Source of the DNA: Phycisphaerales bacterium | Lineage (GTDB): Bacteria > Planctomycetota > Phycisphaerae > Phycisphaerales > SM1A02 | NCBI GenBank assembly: GCA_022446945.1 | Contig: JAKVBW010000001.1 | Location: forward strand, 1-58,327 | DNA: 58,327 nucleotides | Direction: 5' to 3' | In this document: piece after piece, positions 1 to 8,790 of the stretch | Numbering within the stretch: position 1 is the stretch's first letter | How the letters are laid out: every line of letters starts with the position of its first letter | Made by a program: the position numbers and the translations under genes | Notes under the pieces: generated by a model | What the model was told of the DNA's origin: nothing | Seen by the model: the letters and a program-made list of their open reading frames with translations, nothing else | Databases searched by the model: none

Positions 1-813
1 ACCGGCAATGCGCAGGCGGTCCCCCTCCAGGGGAGTCGTACCCGTAAGCAGCTCATACAAAAGAACCCCCAGTGAATAGACATCGCTTCGCGTATCAACA
101 TCCAAACAACTCATCTCTGCCTGCTCAGGACTCATGTATTGAAGTGTCCCGATGATCTGCCCAACGCTGGTCTGCAATGTTGTGACTGCCAGGTCTGCAT
201 CCGTGGCTCGGGCGACACCAAAGTCAATAATCTTTGGATTTCCATCCCGATCGATGAGGATGTTGTCAGGTTTTAAGTCCCGGTGAATCACGCCTTTCTG
301 GTGTCCATGATGAACGGCTTCACAGACTTTGCGGAAGAGATGCAAACGATCCTCCACGCTGAGTTTCATCTCATCTGCGAAAAGTGTGATGGGCCTTGCG
401 CCAGGGATGTACTCCATGGCGAAGAAAGGTTGCTCGTGCTCCCCATGCTTGAATGTGCCAGCTTCATAGATCTGAGCGATGCCAGGATGCCGCAATCTCG
501 CAAGGGTCTGCACCTCAAATTGAAAGCGTTTCATTGCAGCGGGCGAAGCGCGATCCTGTTTGACAACCTTCAGCGCGACTCTCCGGCGGGGGTTCTCCTG
601 TGCCGCCTCATAGACCGCGCCCATGCCACCGCTTCCGATCACACCGATGATGCGATACTGGCCGATCCGCTCGGGCGGTGGTTCATCGGAATCAAATGGC
701 CATGCAGCGGGATGAGATGGCTGAATTGTGTCTTCGGTACTTTTCTCAGGCAGTCCCGATGAATCCAGCGTCGGATCCATGTCACCATCGTGGGGCTCAG
801 ATTGGTCGGGCAT
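1..813 (-). CDS. Ser/Thr protein kinase (Hanks type), N-terminal part; 3' end runs off the window
   Basis: Not in the ORF track because it is open at the window edge. The reverse-strand translation from ATG at 813 reads MPDQSEPHDG...IGQYRIIGVIGSGGMGAVYEA (Gly loop), RVALKVV (beta3 Lys), HRDLKPDNILID (catalytic loop), DFGVA, GTLQYMSPEQ, DVYSLGVLLYELLTG. An in-frame TAG lies upstream at 835-837. Confidence 0.85.
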   Translation of the reverse strand, partial: MPDQSEPHDGDMDPTLDSSGLPEKSTEDTIQPSHPAAWPFDSDEPPPERIGQYRIIGVIGSGGMGAVYEAAQENPRRRVALKVVKQDRASPAAMKRFQFEVQTLARLRHPGIAQIYEAGTFKHGEHEQPFFAMEYIPGARPITLFADEMKLSVEDRLHLFRKVCEAVHHGHQKGVIHRDLKPDNILIDRDGNPKIIDFGVARATDADLAVTTLQTSVGQIIGTLQYMSPEQAEMSCLDVDTRSDVYSLGVLLYELLTGTTPLEGDRLRIAG

Positions 814-843
814 CGTCACACCATGATGCTACCGCTAGGGCGA

Positions 844-3800
844 TCAGCATGGCCCGAAAGCACCAATCACAGCGAGTAGATCATTCACATCCACCTCACC
901 ATTGCCGTCCAGATCGCTCGGGCAGTCCGATGGATCAGGGCAGGCGCCCCAAGCAGAAATCACGCTGAGCAAGTCGTCGACGTCCACAGCGCCGGAGCCG
1001 TCCAGATCGCCTTCACAACATGTGTCTGGGTCCCACGGATCACTCGCAATGGATGTCTGAACGGAAATCACATAATCCGCACCGCTCTCCTGTATTTGAA
1101 CGACATCCGTTGTGCCATCAGCGTCGATGTCACCCGCCCCAAGGATGCGCGTTCCGGCAAGGATCCCCCGGCTCGTTGCGAGCAGTGATTCTGCAAGCAT
1201 GGCGGGCGTTCTGGAGGACCCACAAATGCAATCGCCCCCATCACAGTTGAACTCATCGCAATTGAAGAAAATAGGAATGCCATTCCAATCAAACGAGCCA
1301 TCATCACACCAACCGTCGCCAATCCAGGTGTCGGGCGCGCAGTTGCCATTGCAGTCTTCGATTTCGCCGGGCGGGCATCCCCTGCTTTGGCCGCGGCTTC
1401 TTGCCAATGACGGAGCATCGTTGCGGAGGGCAACGACAGACTCATCGGCAGAATCGGGATCGATTTCTACAAGCAGTAGATCCTCATCTCCATCGTCGTC
1501 CAGATCACCGACAGCCAATTCCCCGCCGTTATGTGGAGAAGCATTCAAGACTGCAGGATCAAAGTCTCCGTTCGTATCGTTGATAATGACCGATAGAGAA
1601 TCTCCTCCGGTCAGCGACACGGCGACATCATCGTATCCATCATCATTCAGATCGAGTACCGCCAGATCAACGGGGGTACCACCTGTGGCAAAAGTCGTGA
1701 CAGCGCCGATCCCAAGGCCCAGACCATCGTTTTCATGGGCGCCACCTTCTTCATCGCCCACCACAATGAGATCATCGTCCTTGTTACTGCCTGTACCGAG
1801 TCCGCCCGGGCTGATCGGCTTGGGCTTTGAGACTGTATTGACGACTGATTGGAGGCCGAACCCCAACGGAAGGAGCGTGGTCGTGTTTTCAAATGTGCTG
1901 ATCGTGTCGTCGTTGAAGTTCGTCACGGCCAGATCCGGCAGGTTGTCACCATTGAGGGAGAAGGCTGTGATTCCTTCGGGCTGATCGCCGGTCGTGAGCG
2001 TTGCGCCAAGGGAGAATCCACCAAGACCATCATTTAAGTAGACCAGTGCCTGATCGGTCAATGGCTGGGTGATGGCAAGATCGATATCTCCATCCTGATC
2101 AAAGTCCGCAGCCGTCATATCCGAGGGCGCACTTGGCAGTGATGTTCTGGAATCCAGGCAAAGAGTTCCATTGCCGTCATTCAACCAGACGTCGAGGGTG
2201 TCTAGAGTGGAGACGGCAACCACGATGTCGTCAACGGTATCACCATCAATATCCTCAACGATCATCGCGACGGGGCCACCGGAATCACCCTCACCCGATA
2301 CTTCGCTATTGAATCCAAAACTTGCACCGAGTTCTTTGACTTCAAGAGAGACATCCCCGGCACCACGAAGTGCTGCATAGGGGTCTAGGTAGTAATCTGT
2401 CCCCACCGCGGGAACGAACCAGACAGAGAAATCTCCTTCGACGATCGTCGATGTCAGGATATTGAGCATGTCACCCAGCTGAAGATTGTCAGGGTCATCG
2501 GCTCCGACAATGCAGCCGCCATTGAGCACACCTGTATCCCCAATCGAAATGCCGATCTCCCCCGCAGCGAGGTTCTCAATGATGAGCAAACCGTTTTCTT
2601 GAGCACCGGAAGGGGACTCATTTGCTTGGTAGTACTCTGCTGCAAGGGTCAGTGTCGCGCCGCCTGTAGCGTCAGCGATGACTCGGCCTCGATTTGTGAT
2701 GGTCTGTGTTGTCACAGTCCCGTTTCCAGAAAGAATTCCCTTGGATCCGATATCAATCAGGGTTGAAGATTCAAGTTCAGACAAATCGTCTAGCGAGACT
2801 TCGCCATGCTGAATTTCAAGATCTGTTGCACCCGCCAAGACGCTGTTGATCCACAACGCGCTGGCGGATGCAAGTGTGAGATTCCCTTCGCTTCCGCTTT
2901 TGTCGCCAATAATGACGATTCCATCGCATGTCAGCAGGGACGCGCTAGTAATGCGCATGCCACCGGCCGCACCCGATCCAACAATGATGTTTCCAAAGTC
3001 GCCGGAACAATCCGAAATCTCAAGTATGCCATCACCGCCGGTTTCTCCGCCGACAAAGGTTGTTTCGCTGCTCGCAAGTGATAAATGCTCAAGTAAAAGG
3101 GACGAAGTCTCGCCAGGCACACTTGATGCGACAGTGAGCCCTTGTCCACCAGGGTGAATAATCAGACTGCCCCACCCGGGGGTGTCGGTGATTGTCACAT
3201 CCCCTTCGTGGATGAGCATTGACAGACTCTCGGCATTGCCTCCATCAACTTCAACAGTGAACGTGTCATCAATTCCGAAATACACAATGCTTTCCCAATC
3301 GGGAAATCGCCCGCCAGTCCAGTTGATCGTATCTAGCCATTCGCCGCTTCCCAGAGTGATCCATGCTCTGTAGTTGCTGAAAAGATAAGCAGCGCCTGCC
3401 TCTGAATCGACAATAGGGGCACCAGCGATCACGATGCCTTCGGAAATGGCGACGCTTGAGCCGAGACCACCCGTTGCTGCTCCCGAGATGTCTCTTCCCG
3501 CATACTCGAGCTCATGGTCAAAGATGCCCGAACTGTTGAGATCCCATAAGTCCACACGACCGGAGTTGGGGCCCAAGCCCGCTCCGCGCGGGATCCCGAC
3601 AGCAATCTTCGTTTCTTCAATCGCGACACTGGTCCCCATTTGATCGTTTGCGGAAAGCGAGAGCGGCTCAAGATTTGCAATCGGGACGAACCCTATGCCG
3701 GGGGTGTACTGATACACCCAAACTTGCCCAGCGCCCACCGCGTGCTCATCGCTGTTCGGTTCGCCGATCACAACCATGTCCCCGTCGATGGCCACAGCAG

Positions 3801-4602
3801 AACCGAAAAAGTATCCGGAGTTCGGATCACCTGATTCAAACAATGCTGCGTGTTCCCATAGACCGGAATCATTAAAGAAGGCGTAAACCAAGCCCGCCTG
3901 ATTTGCTGCGCCCGGCGCGCCGAGTATCACCATCTCGCCCAGAGAAGAAGTTTCCGTCAATGCAACACTGTGGCCAGTGTTTTCAAAGTCATCCCCTATT
4001 GGGCTTTGAAGAGTCGCTGCTAATACCCACGCGCCACTCCATTCGAAGATACTGGCAGTTCCATCTTGGACGCCAATGTTGTTTGCGTATGGGGCACCGG
4101 CAACGAGATAAGCATCCGACATACTCAAGGATGAACCGAAGCTGTGGTCTGCCCCCGGGGCTCCGTCATAGAGAGTCGTATTCAATTCGAAGCCTAACTC
4201 GTCCCATGCATAGACATACACAGCGCCCGCATTTGATGCCAAGTCTGAATTTCCTGGCGCTCCAATGGCGACGACATTGTCATTAATGGCCACTGCTGCA
4301 CCAAAATATTCATTGTCCACCGGACTGGGTGAGACAGCCATGCCTTGATAGTTCCAGTCGTAACCATTCCATTGGTAGATCGCAACAGCGCCTGCATCGA
4401 CTCCAAGCATGTCGTTATGGGGAACACCTACAACCATCAGATCACCATCAATGGCGACCGAAGTGCCAGCCATGTCGGAGGCAACTGCGAAAGGAGGCTG
4501 TAGTTTGGCTGCTTCAGTTTCTGATGTGGCTGAGAGAACTGTTGATCCTTGCAGCGCAACAGAACTGAACGCCATCACATTGATCAATGCGCGTAACCGC
4601 AT
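844..4602 (-). CDS. giant secreted FG-GAP/beta-propeller repeat protein with a beta-helix region, VCBS-like repeats, an LNR-like Cys module and C-terminal tandem dockerin-like repeats
   Basis: The ORF is 844-4650; the likely start is ATG 4602 (MRLRALINVMAFSSVALQG signal peptide), preceded by GGAGGGAG. It has repeated GxSVAI(D/N)GDxxVVGAP...AGAVYVY units. A G-x-W-x-x-x-NW-x-GG segment is followed by Gly/Ser/Thr-rich beta-helix-like repeats. D-x-D-G-D-x-D-L FG-GAP/VCBS units follow. The C-terminus reads DLDGSGAVDVDDLLSVISAWG...DLDGNGEVDVNDLLAVIGAFGPC. Confidence 0.85.
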   Translation of the reverse strand: MRLRALINVMAFSSVALQGSTVLSATSETEAAKLQPPFAVASDMAGTSVAIDGDLMVVGVPHNDMLGVDAGAVAIYQWNGYDWNYQGMAVSPSPVDNEYFGAAVAINDNVVAIGAPGNSDLASNAGAVYVYAWDELGFELNTTLYDGAPGADHSFGSSLSMSDAYLVAGAPYANNIGVQDGTASIFEWSGAWVLAATLQSPIGDDFENTGHSVALTETSSLGEMVILGAPGAANQAGLVYAFFNDSGLWEHAALFESGDPNSGYFFGSAVAIDGDMVVIGEPNSDEHAVGAGQVWVYQYTPGIGFVPIANLEPLSLSANDQMGTSVAIEETKIAVGIPRGAGLGPNSGRVDLWDLNSSGIFDHELEYAGRDISGAATGGLGSSVAISEGIVIAGAPIVDSEAGAAYLFSNYRAWITLGSGEWLDTINWTGGRFPDWESIVYFGIDDTFTVEVDGGNAESLSMLIHEGDVTITDTPGWGSLIIHPGGQGLTVASSVPGETSSLLLEHLSLASSETTFVGGETGGDGILEISDCSGDFGNIIVGSGAAGGMRITSASLLTCDGIVIIGDKSGSEGNLTLASASALWINSVLAGATDLEIQHGEVSLDDLSELESSTLIDIGSKGILSGNGTVTTQTITNRGRVIADATGGATLTLAAEYYQANESPSGAQENGLLIIENLAAGEIGISIGDTGVLNGGCIVGADDPDNLQLGDMLNILTSTIVEGDFSVWFVPAVGTDYYLDPYAALRGAGDVSLEVKELGASFGFNSEVSGEGDSGGPVAMIVEDIDGDTVDDIVVAVSTLDTLDVWLNDGNGTLCLDSRTSLPSAPSDMTAADFDQDGDIDLAITQPLTDQALVYLNDGLGGFSLGATLTTGDQPEGITAFSLNGDNLPDLAVTNFNDDTISTFENTTTLLPLGFGLQSVVNTVSKPKPISPGGLGTGSNKDDDLIVVGDEEGGAHENDGLGLGIGAVTTFATGGTPVDLAVLDLNDDGYDDVAVSLTGGDSLSVIINDTNGDFDPAVLNASPHNGGELAVGDLDDDGDEDLLLVEIDPDSADESVVALRNDAPSLARSRGQSRGCPPGEIEDCNGNCAPDTWIGDGWCDDGSFDWNGIPIFFNCDEFNCDGGDCICGSSRTPAMLAESLLATSRGILAGTRILGAGDIDADGTTDVVQIQESGADYVISVQTSIASDPWDPDTCCEGDLDGSGAVDVDDLLSVISAWGACPDPSDCPSDLDGNGEVDVNDLLAVIGAFGPC

Positions 4603-4712
4603 CACTCCCTCCCACACTGGCCCATCAGTGAGTGAGGGCCAGCACCCCATCGTGCCTCGATTAGGTCACCAACACAAGAAAAATTCGAGAACCGCTCTTG
4701 GTCAGCCCTTTT

Positions 4713-6290
4713 TCAGGCCTCAGACTGCCCTCTAACCCAGCGTTGTTCAGGCATCCCCAGCATTCTGGCGACCAGCCAGACCGCAGCAGCTCCAGCGGCG
4801 ACCAGCACCAACATGCGAAGCATCGATGGGAACCAATCAACAGGCGTGGGCCAGCCCCACTTGATCAGGATGACCGCTGCGCTCATGACAACTGTGGCAA
4901 CGTAAGTTTGGCGTGTCGTTCGGCGCACGCGTGCGCTGAACACATCAATCCCGCGACGGTTAAGCAACCACAGGAGTATCGCCGACTGCAGTGCTGCGCA
5001 TATCGCGGTAGACCATGCAAGCCCAGCTTCACGCAGCGGCGTCCAGATCAAAATGATGTTCAGCATCAAATTGAGTCCCACCATCCCGACAGCGACGCGC
5101 ACCGGCGTCATGACTTCATCGCGCGCATAGAACGCGCGGGTAAGAATCTGGGAAAGCATGTACGCCCAGATGCTTGTTGCATATCCGAGCAGGACAAAGG
5201 CAACCGCCGCAGTGTCTTCCGTCGTGAAAGCACCTCCCTGAAGAATGACACGCGTCAAGGGCGTCCGAACGAGAATCAATCCGATGCTGGCGGGTATGCC
5301 AATAAAAAGAATGAGCCGTGCACCACGTTGCATCATCGCGGTGAACTGTGTCTTGTCTTCAGCGGATTGGGTGAGCAGTGGATAAATAGCAGTCCCGACG
5401 GCTATGCCGAAAACCCCAAGCGGGAACTGGTACAGCCTCTGAGCAAAAGATAAAACAGGCATGGCGGATTTATCGAGTGGATAAGCCAGGCCGAAGACAC
5501 TTGGCTGATCAACCAGCAGTGGCCATGATGCAATCAAGCCATCGAAGAGCGTATTTGCTTGAAGGACACCCAATCCCAACATCATGGGGCCCGCTGTTTG
5601 AAACACTTTGCGTAACGGCCCTCTGGCCGCTGCAAGGTCAAGTTTGACTTCGGACATTTTCCGAAGCGCCAACCATGACCACGCCACTTGAAGAATGCCA
5701 GCGAGGACAACACTGACTGCGGCAACTGTCACAATGCGAAGCCGTCCCTCGTCAGTCTCATGGTCAAACATCAACCAACCGGAAGTTGCAGCGGCGATGA
5801 GACAACCATTGAGAATGAGAGGTGCTGAGGCTGTGGGGCCGAACCGGCCGTGGACGTGTAGCATCGCGCCTGCAATCGCAACAATGCACACAAGCGGGAT
5901 ATAGGGAAGCGTCACCATGGTGAGGAAAATCGCAGGTGACTGATGTCCATCGAGTGAAGAGATCAGGAAGAGAAGGGCTTCTCCCAGCACAACCAGCGCG
6001 CCCAATACGACAGCGAGGATTCCGAGAATCCCGCCGGCCAGGGCCGAAGCAGTTCTTGGATCATCAGCAAGCGCACGTTGATAAACCGGAAGGAATGCTG
6101 CTGACAGCGCACCTTCACCAAAGAGCCTTCGAAAGACATTGGGAACAAGAAATGCCCAACTGAACGCGCCCATCGCATCGCTGGTTGCCAGAATGCGACT
6201 AAAGATGGCATCGCGCGCCAGTCCGGTGATCCGGCTCAAGCCAGTGATGGCCATCACGACGCTTGTGTTTCGCTCAAGTCGGTCAGTCAT
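4713..6290 (-). CDS. murJ: lipid II flippase MurJ (MviN family)
   Basis: GLSRITGLARDAIFSRILATSDAMGAFSWAFLVPNVFRRLFGEGALSAAFLPVY is a typical MurJ N-terminus, and the protein is polytopic. The start is taken at the internal ATG 6290 (MTDRLERN), which overlaps the upstream stop by 8 nt. Confidence 0.9.
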   Translation of the reverse strand: MTDRLERNTSVVMAITGLSRITGLARDAIFSRILATSDAMGAFSWAFLVPNVFRRLFGEGALSAAFLPVYQRALADDPRTASALAGGILGILAVVLGALVVLGEALLFLISSLDGHQSPAIFLTMVTLPYIPLVCIVAIAGAMLHVHGRFGPTASAPLILNGCLIAAATSGWLMFDHETDEGRLRIVTVAAVSVVLAGILQVAWSWLALRKMSEVKLDLAAARGPLRKVFQTAGPMMLGLGVLQANTLFDGLIASWPLLVDQPSVFGLAYPLDKSAMPVLSFAQRLYQFPLGVFGIAVGTAIYPLLTQSAEDKTQFTAMMQRGARLILFIGIPASIGLILVRTPLTRVILQGGAFTTEDTAAVAFVLLGYATSIWAYMLSQILTRAFYARDEVMTPVRVAVGMVGLNLMLNIILIWTPLREAGLAWSTAICAALQSAILLWLLNRRGIDVFSARVRRTTRQTYVATVVMSAAVILIKWGWPTPVDWFPSMLRMLVLVAAGAAAVWLVARMLGMPEQRWVRGQSEA

Positions 6291-7092
6291 TGCCGGTGAC
6301 CTGTCTCTGCCACGACTGGCGCATGACGAATGAAGCGCCGATGATTCCACCGGCAATTGTTGAGGGAATGCCCAGCCCGGGAATGCCCACGATTGCAAGT
6401 AACGAGGCCAACGCCCAGCCTCCGACCATGTTCAAAAGAATAAGTGCCCCACCCATGGGGTCCAGACGCGGGAGCGATGGTCCGCCTGCCCGTCGCCAGG
6501 ATCGGGCAAGCATCGGAAGGGCGCAACCTGCGCCGATTACCAATGTCAGAACGGCCGCCAATCGCGGCATCGACCAGCCGAACCCGCGCCATAGTGTGGC
6601 GAAGATTGCGGGAAACGCGATGGCCATCGTTGCTATGCCGACAAATGACGAGAGAATTACTCCCCCGCCAGGCATCGCCAATTTGTCCAGTGTCCGAATC
6701 GCGGCTGTCCAATGCGATGTTGCATGCTCCGGAGGCCGCAATGCTGCAGTGACGATGGCCGCTGTGCCGACGCCAATCAGACCACTGAGGATATCGCTGA
6801 GTGTTGCGTCTCGAGAGACCGCGAGCCACTGCTGGGTCCACTCGTCGATGGGAACCCAGATCCCCATGATGCAGAAAGCCCACCACCCTCGGGGGAGCCA
6901 ACGAGACCGTTCGAGCAGGGCGGCGGCGATGCCGAATGCGAGAAAGTGAGCGAGTTTGTCTGGGGCACCGTGTTCGGGGCCAAGTGGATCCATCGTTGGC
7001 CAATGCGTCAATGTTGTTATGACCACCATGCAAAGCAGAAACCCCCAACGCCACGATGCGAGCGACCGGTTGGTCGCTCCAAGATTCAGCAC
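6283..7092 (-). CDS. VanZ-like integral membrane protein with an extra C-terminal TM domain
   Basis: DKLAHFLAFGIAAALL...IDEWTQQWLAVSRDATLSDILSGLIGVG resembles the VanZ family pattern (DK-x-x-H ... DE-x-x-Q ... R-x-x-x-x-x-D). It has several hydrophobic helices and a GTG start at 7092. It overlaps the parA stop by 7 nt and the murJ start by 8 nt. Confidence 0.6.
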   Translation of the reverse strand: MLNLGATNRSLASWRWGFLLCMVVITTLTHWPTMDPLGPEHGAPDKLAHFLAFGIAAALLERSRWLPRGWWAFCIMGIWVPIDEWTQQWLAVSRDATLSDILSGLIGVGTAAIVTAALRPPEHATSHWTAAIRTLDKLAMPGGGVILSSFVGIATMAIAFPAIFATLWRGFGWSMPRLAAVLTLVIGAGCALPMLARSWRRAGGPSLPRLDPMGGALILLNMVGGWALASLLAIVGIPGLGIPSTIAGGIIGASFVMRQSWQRQVTGND

Positions 7093-7970
7093 GGGGTCTC
7101 TCCAGGCGAACCAGACACATCCGTAGGCACATTGACATCTTCCTCATCGACTACAACTGGAGGCATACACCAGTTGGCTCGAACCGACTCTGCCAGTGCC
7201 AGATAATCGGATGCGCCTCTGCACGTGGGGTCGTAGGAAAAGATCGACTGCCCAAATGAAGGCGCTTCTGCAAGTTTGATGTTGCGTCGGACAGCGGGCG
7301 TCAAGACCTTGCAGGTCTGCCAGGGGACATCCTGTGTTCGAGCCGATTCGAGAAAGAGTTCAAGATCTTCGACGACTTCTCGTGCAAGTGTGGTCTGGGT
7401 TTCGTGCATACATAAGACGATTCCCGTGACTTGCAACGAGGGGTTCACCGAGCCACAGACCAGACCGACTGTTTCCAACAGTTTCCCAACGCCCTGCAGC
7501 GCGAGAAAGTGAGCTTGCATGGGGACAAACACTTCTGTCGCCGCACCGAGTGCATTGATGGTGAGCACACCGAGGCTCGGAGGGCAGTCGATCAGGATGG
7601 CATCCCATCGCTGGTGTGACCGTTGAAGGGCAAGACCAAGTCGGCTTCGCCGATCATCAACATTCGCGAGATCCGTTTCCACTGCGGCGAGATCCGTCTC
7701 CGCTGGTAAGAGATCAAGTCCAGGTTCTACCTCGACAGCGATCGAAGCCGCATCCGCTTCGGGATCGAGGAGCAGGTCATAGACGGTCGCATCATCGGGG
7801 CTGCACCGGACACCGAGATGAAGTGAGAGATGCGCCTGAGGATCAAGGTCGACAAGGCAAATCCTGAGTCCTGACCGAGCGAGTGCCGCACCCAGATTGG
7901 CTGTTGTGGTCGTCTTTCCAACCCCCCCCTTCTGGTTGATGATCGCGACGACGCGTGTGGTGTCACTCAT
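7086..7970 (-). CDS. parA: ParA/Soj-family partition ATPase
   Basis: VVAIINQKGGVGKTTTTANLGAALA is a deviant Walker A motif, followed by LVDLDPQAHLS and ILIDCPPSLG. The start is taken at ATG 7970 (MSDTTRVV); the ORF extends to 8039. Confidence 0.85.
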   Translation of the reverse strand: MSDTTRVVAIINQKGGVGKTTTTANLGAALARSGLRICLVDLDPQAHLSLHLGVRCSPDDATVYDLLLDPEADAASIAVEVEPGLDLLPAETDLAAVETDLANVDDRRSRLGLALQRSHQRWDAILIDCPPSLGVLTINALGAATEVFVPMQAHFLALQGVGKLLETVGLVCGSVNPSLQVTGIVLCMHETQTTLAREVVEDLELFLESARTQDVPWQTCKVLTPAVRRNIKLAEAPSFGQSIFSYDPTCRGASDYLALAESVRANWCMPPVVVDEEDVNVPTDVSGSPGETPC

Positions 7971-8039
7971 AGCCCGAGTGTAGGGGAACGGGTCGCCTCG
8001 GGTCGACCCTGCTCCGCTTCCCAGCCGTACACTGGGCAT

Positions 8040-8774
8040 GTGGCCCGCCTCACAGACGCAGCGATAGTGCTCCGCCGCTGGGAGTATTCGGAAACGAGCC
8101 AGACGGTCTCGGCGCTTTCGCGATCACATGGCGTTATCAGAGGTCTTGCCAAAGGCGCGTTGCGTTCCGGGAGTGCCTTCAGCGGGGGTTTCGAACCGAT
8201 GATGCGAGGCAATCTCGGCTGGCTCGAGAAGTCATCGCGTGAGTTGTCGATTTTGACTGAGTGGCTGCCGGATGAGGTGTACTGGTCAACCCGACGAAGT
8301 GGGGAATCAAACAGGGCTGCGCTCTATGCCATCGATCTCGTGAGCCGCTTGTTGCAGGATCGCGATCCACATCCAGAAGTCTATGAAGCGCTCGACACTG
8401 TTCTGACAAGTCTTGCTCAGCCTCCGGATCCTGCTCCACATCTTCTCCGCTTCCAATGGTCGCTTCTCGATGCGATGGGCTGGCGACCCGTCGTAGAGCG
8501 TGATGTCCTGACAGGCGAGGAGATCTCTGAAGATTGCGCCGTGTTGGGATTCAGATCCGCCGAAGGGGGTGTCGTCGAGCATGCCGGGGAGCAGGATTGG
8601 CGTGTTCGCAGGGAGACGGTCGACATGTTGGTGAAACTCGGTTCAGGAGAGATCAGCGAAGAAATTCCAACTGATGTTGCGAGCCGTGCAAGCGGATTGC
8701 TCGCTGTCTATACCCGAGATCTGATTGGTGAGGCGAGTGAAGCCATGCGCCATGCATTCCCCTCATTGGGGTGA
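8040..8774 (+). CDS. recO: DNA repair protein RecO
   Basis: The N-terminus LTDAAIVLRRWEYSETSQTVSALSRSHGVIRGLAKGA is a RecO OB-fold signature. The start is GTG and the product is 244 aa. Confidence 0.8.
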   Translation: MARLTDAAIVLRRWEYSETSQTVSALSRSHGVIRGLAKGALRSGSAFSGGFEPMMRGNLGWLEKSSRELSILTEWLPDEVYWSTRRSGESNRAALYAIDLVSRLLQDRDPHPEVYEALDTVLTSLAQPPDPAPHLLRFQWSLLDAMGWRPVVERDVLTGEEISEDCAVLGFRSAEGGVVEHAGEQDWRVRRETVDMLVKLGSGEISEEIPTDVASRASGLLAVYTRDLIGEASEAMRHAFPSLG

Positions 8775-8790
8775 GGTGTATGCTGCAGCC

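Noticed and set aside
1112-1984. A 290-aa Ser/Pro-rich plus-strand ORF, and many similar ORFs across 844-4650 and 51414-53855.
   Set aside because: These are antisense shadows of the Asp/Gly/Ser-rich repeat proteins. The low-complexity translation simply mirrors GAC/GGC/GAT codons on the other strand.
6287-7147. A 286-aa minus-strand ORF overlapping the VanZ-like gene in another frame.
   Set aside because: It is extremely Arg/His/Gly-rich with no hydrophobic structure, and it crosses the parA 3' end. The alternative frame gives a coherent membrane protein with VanZ motifs.
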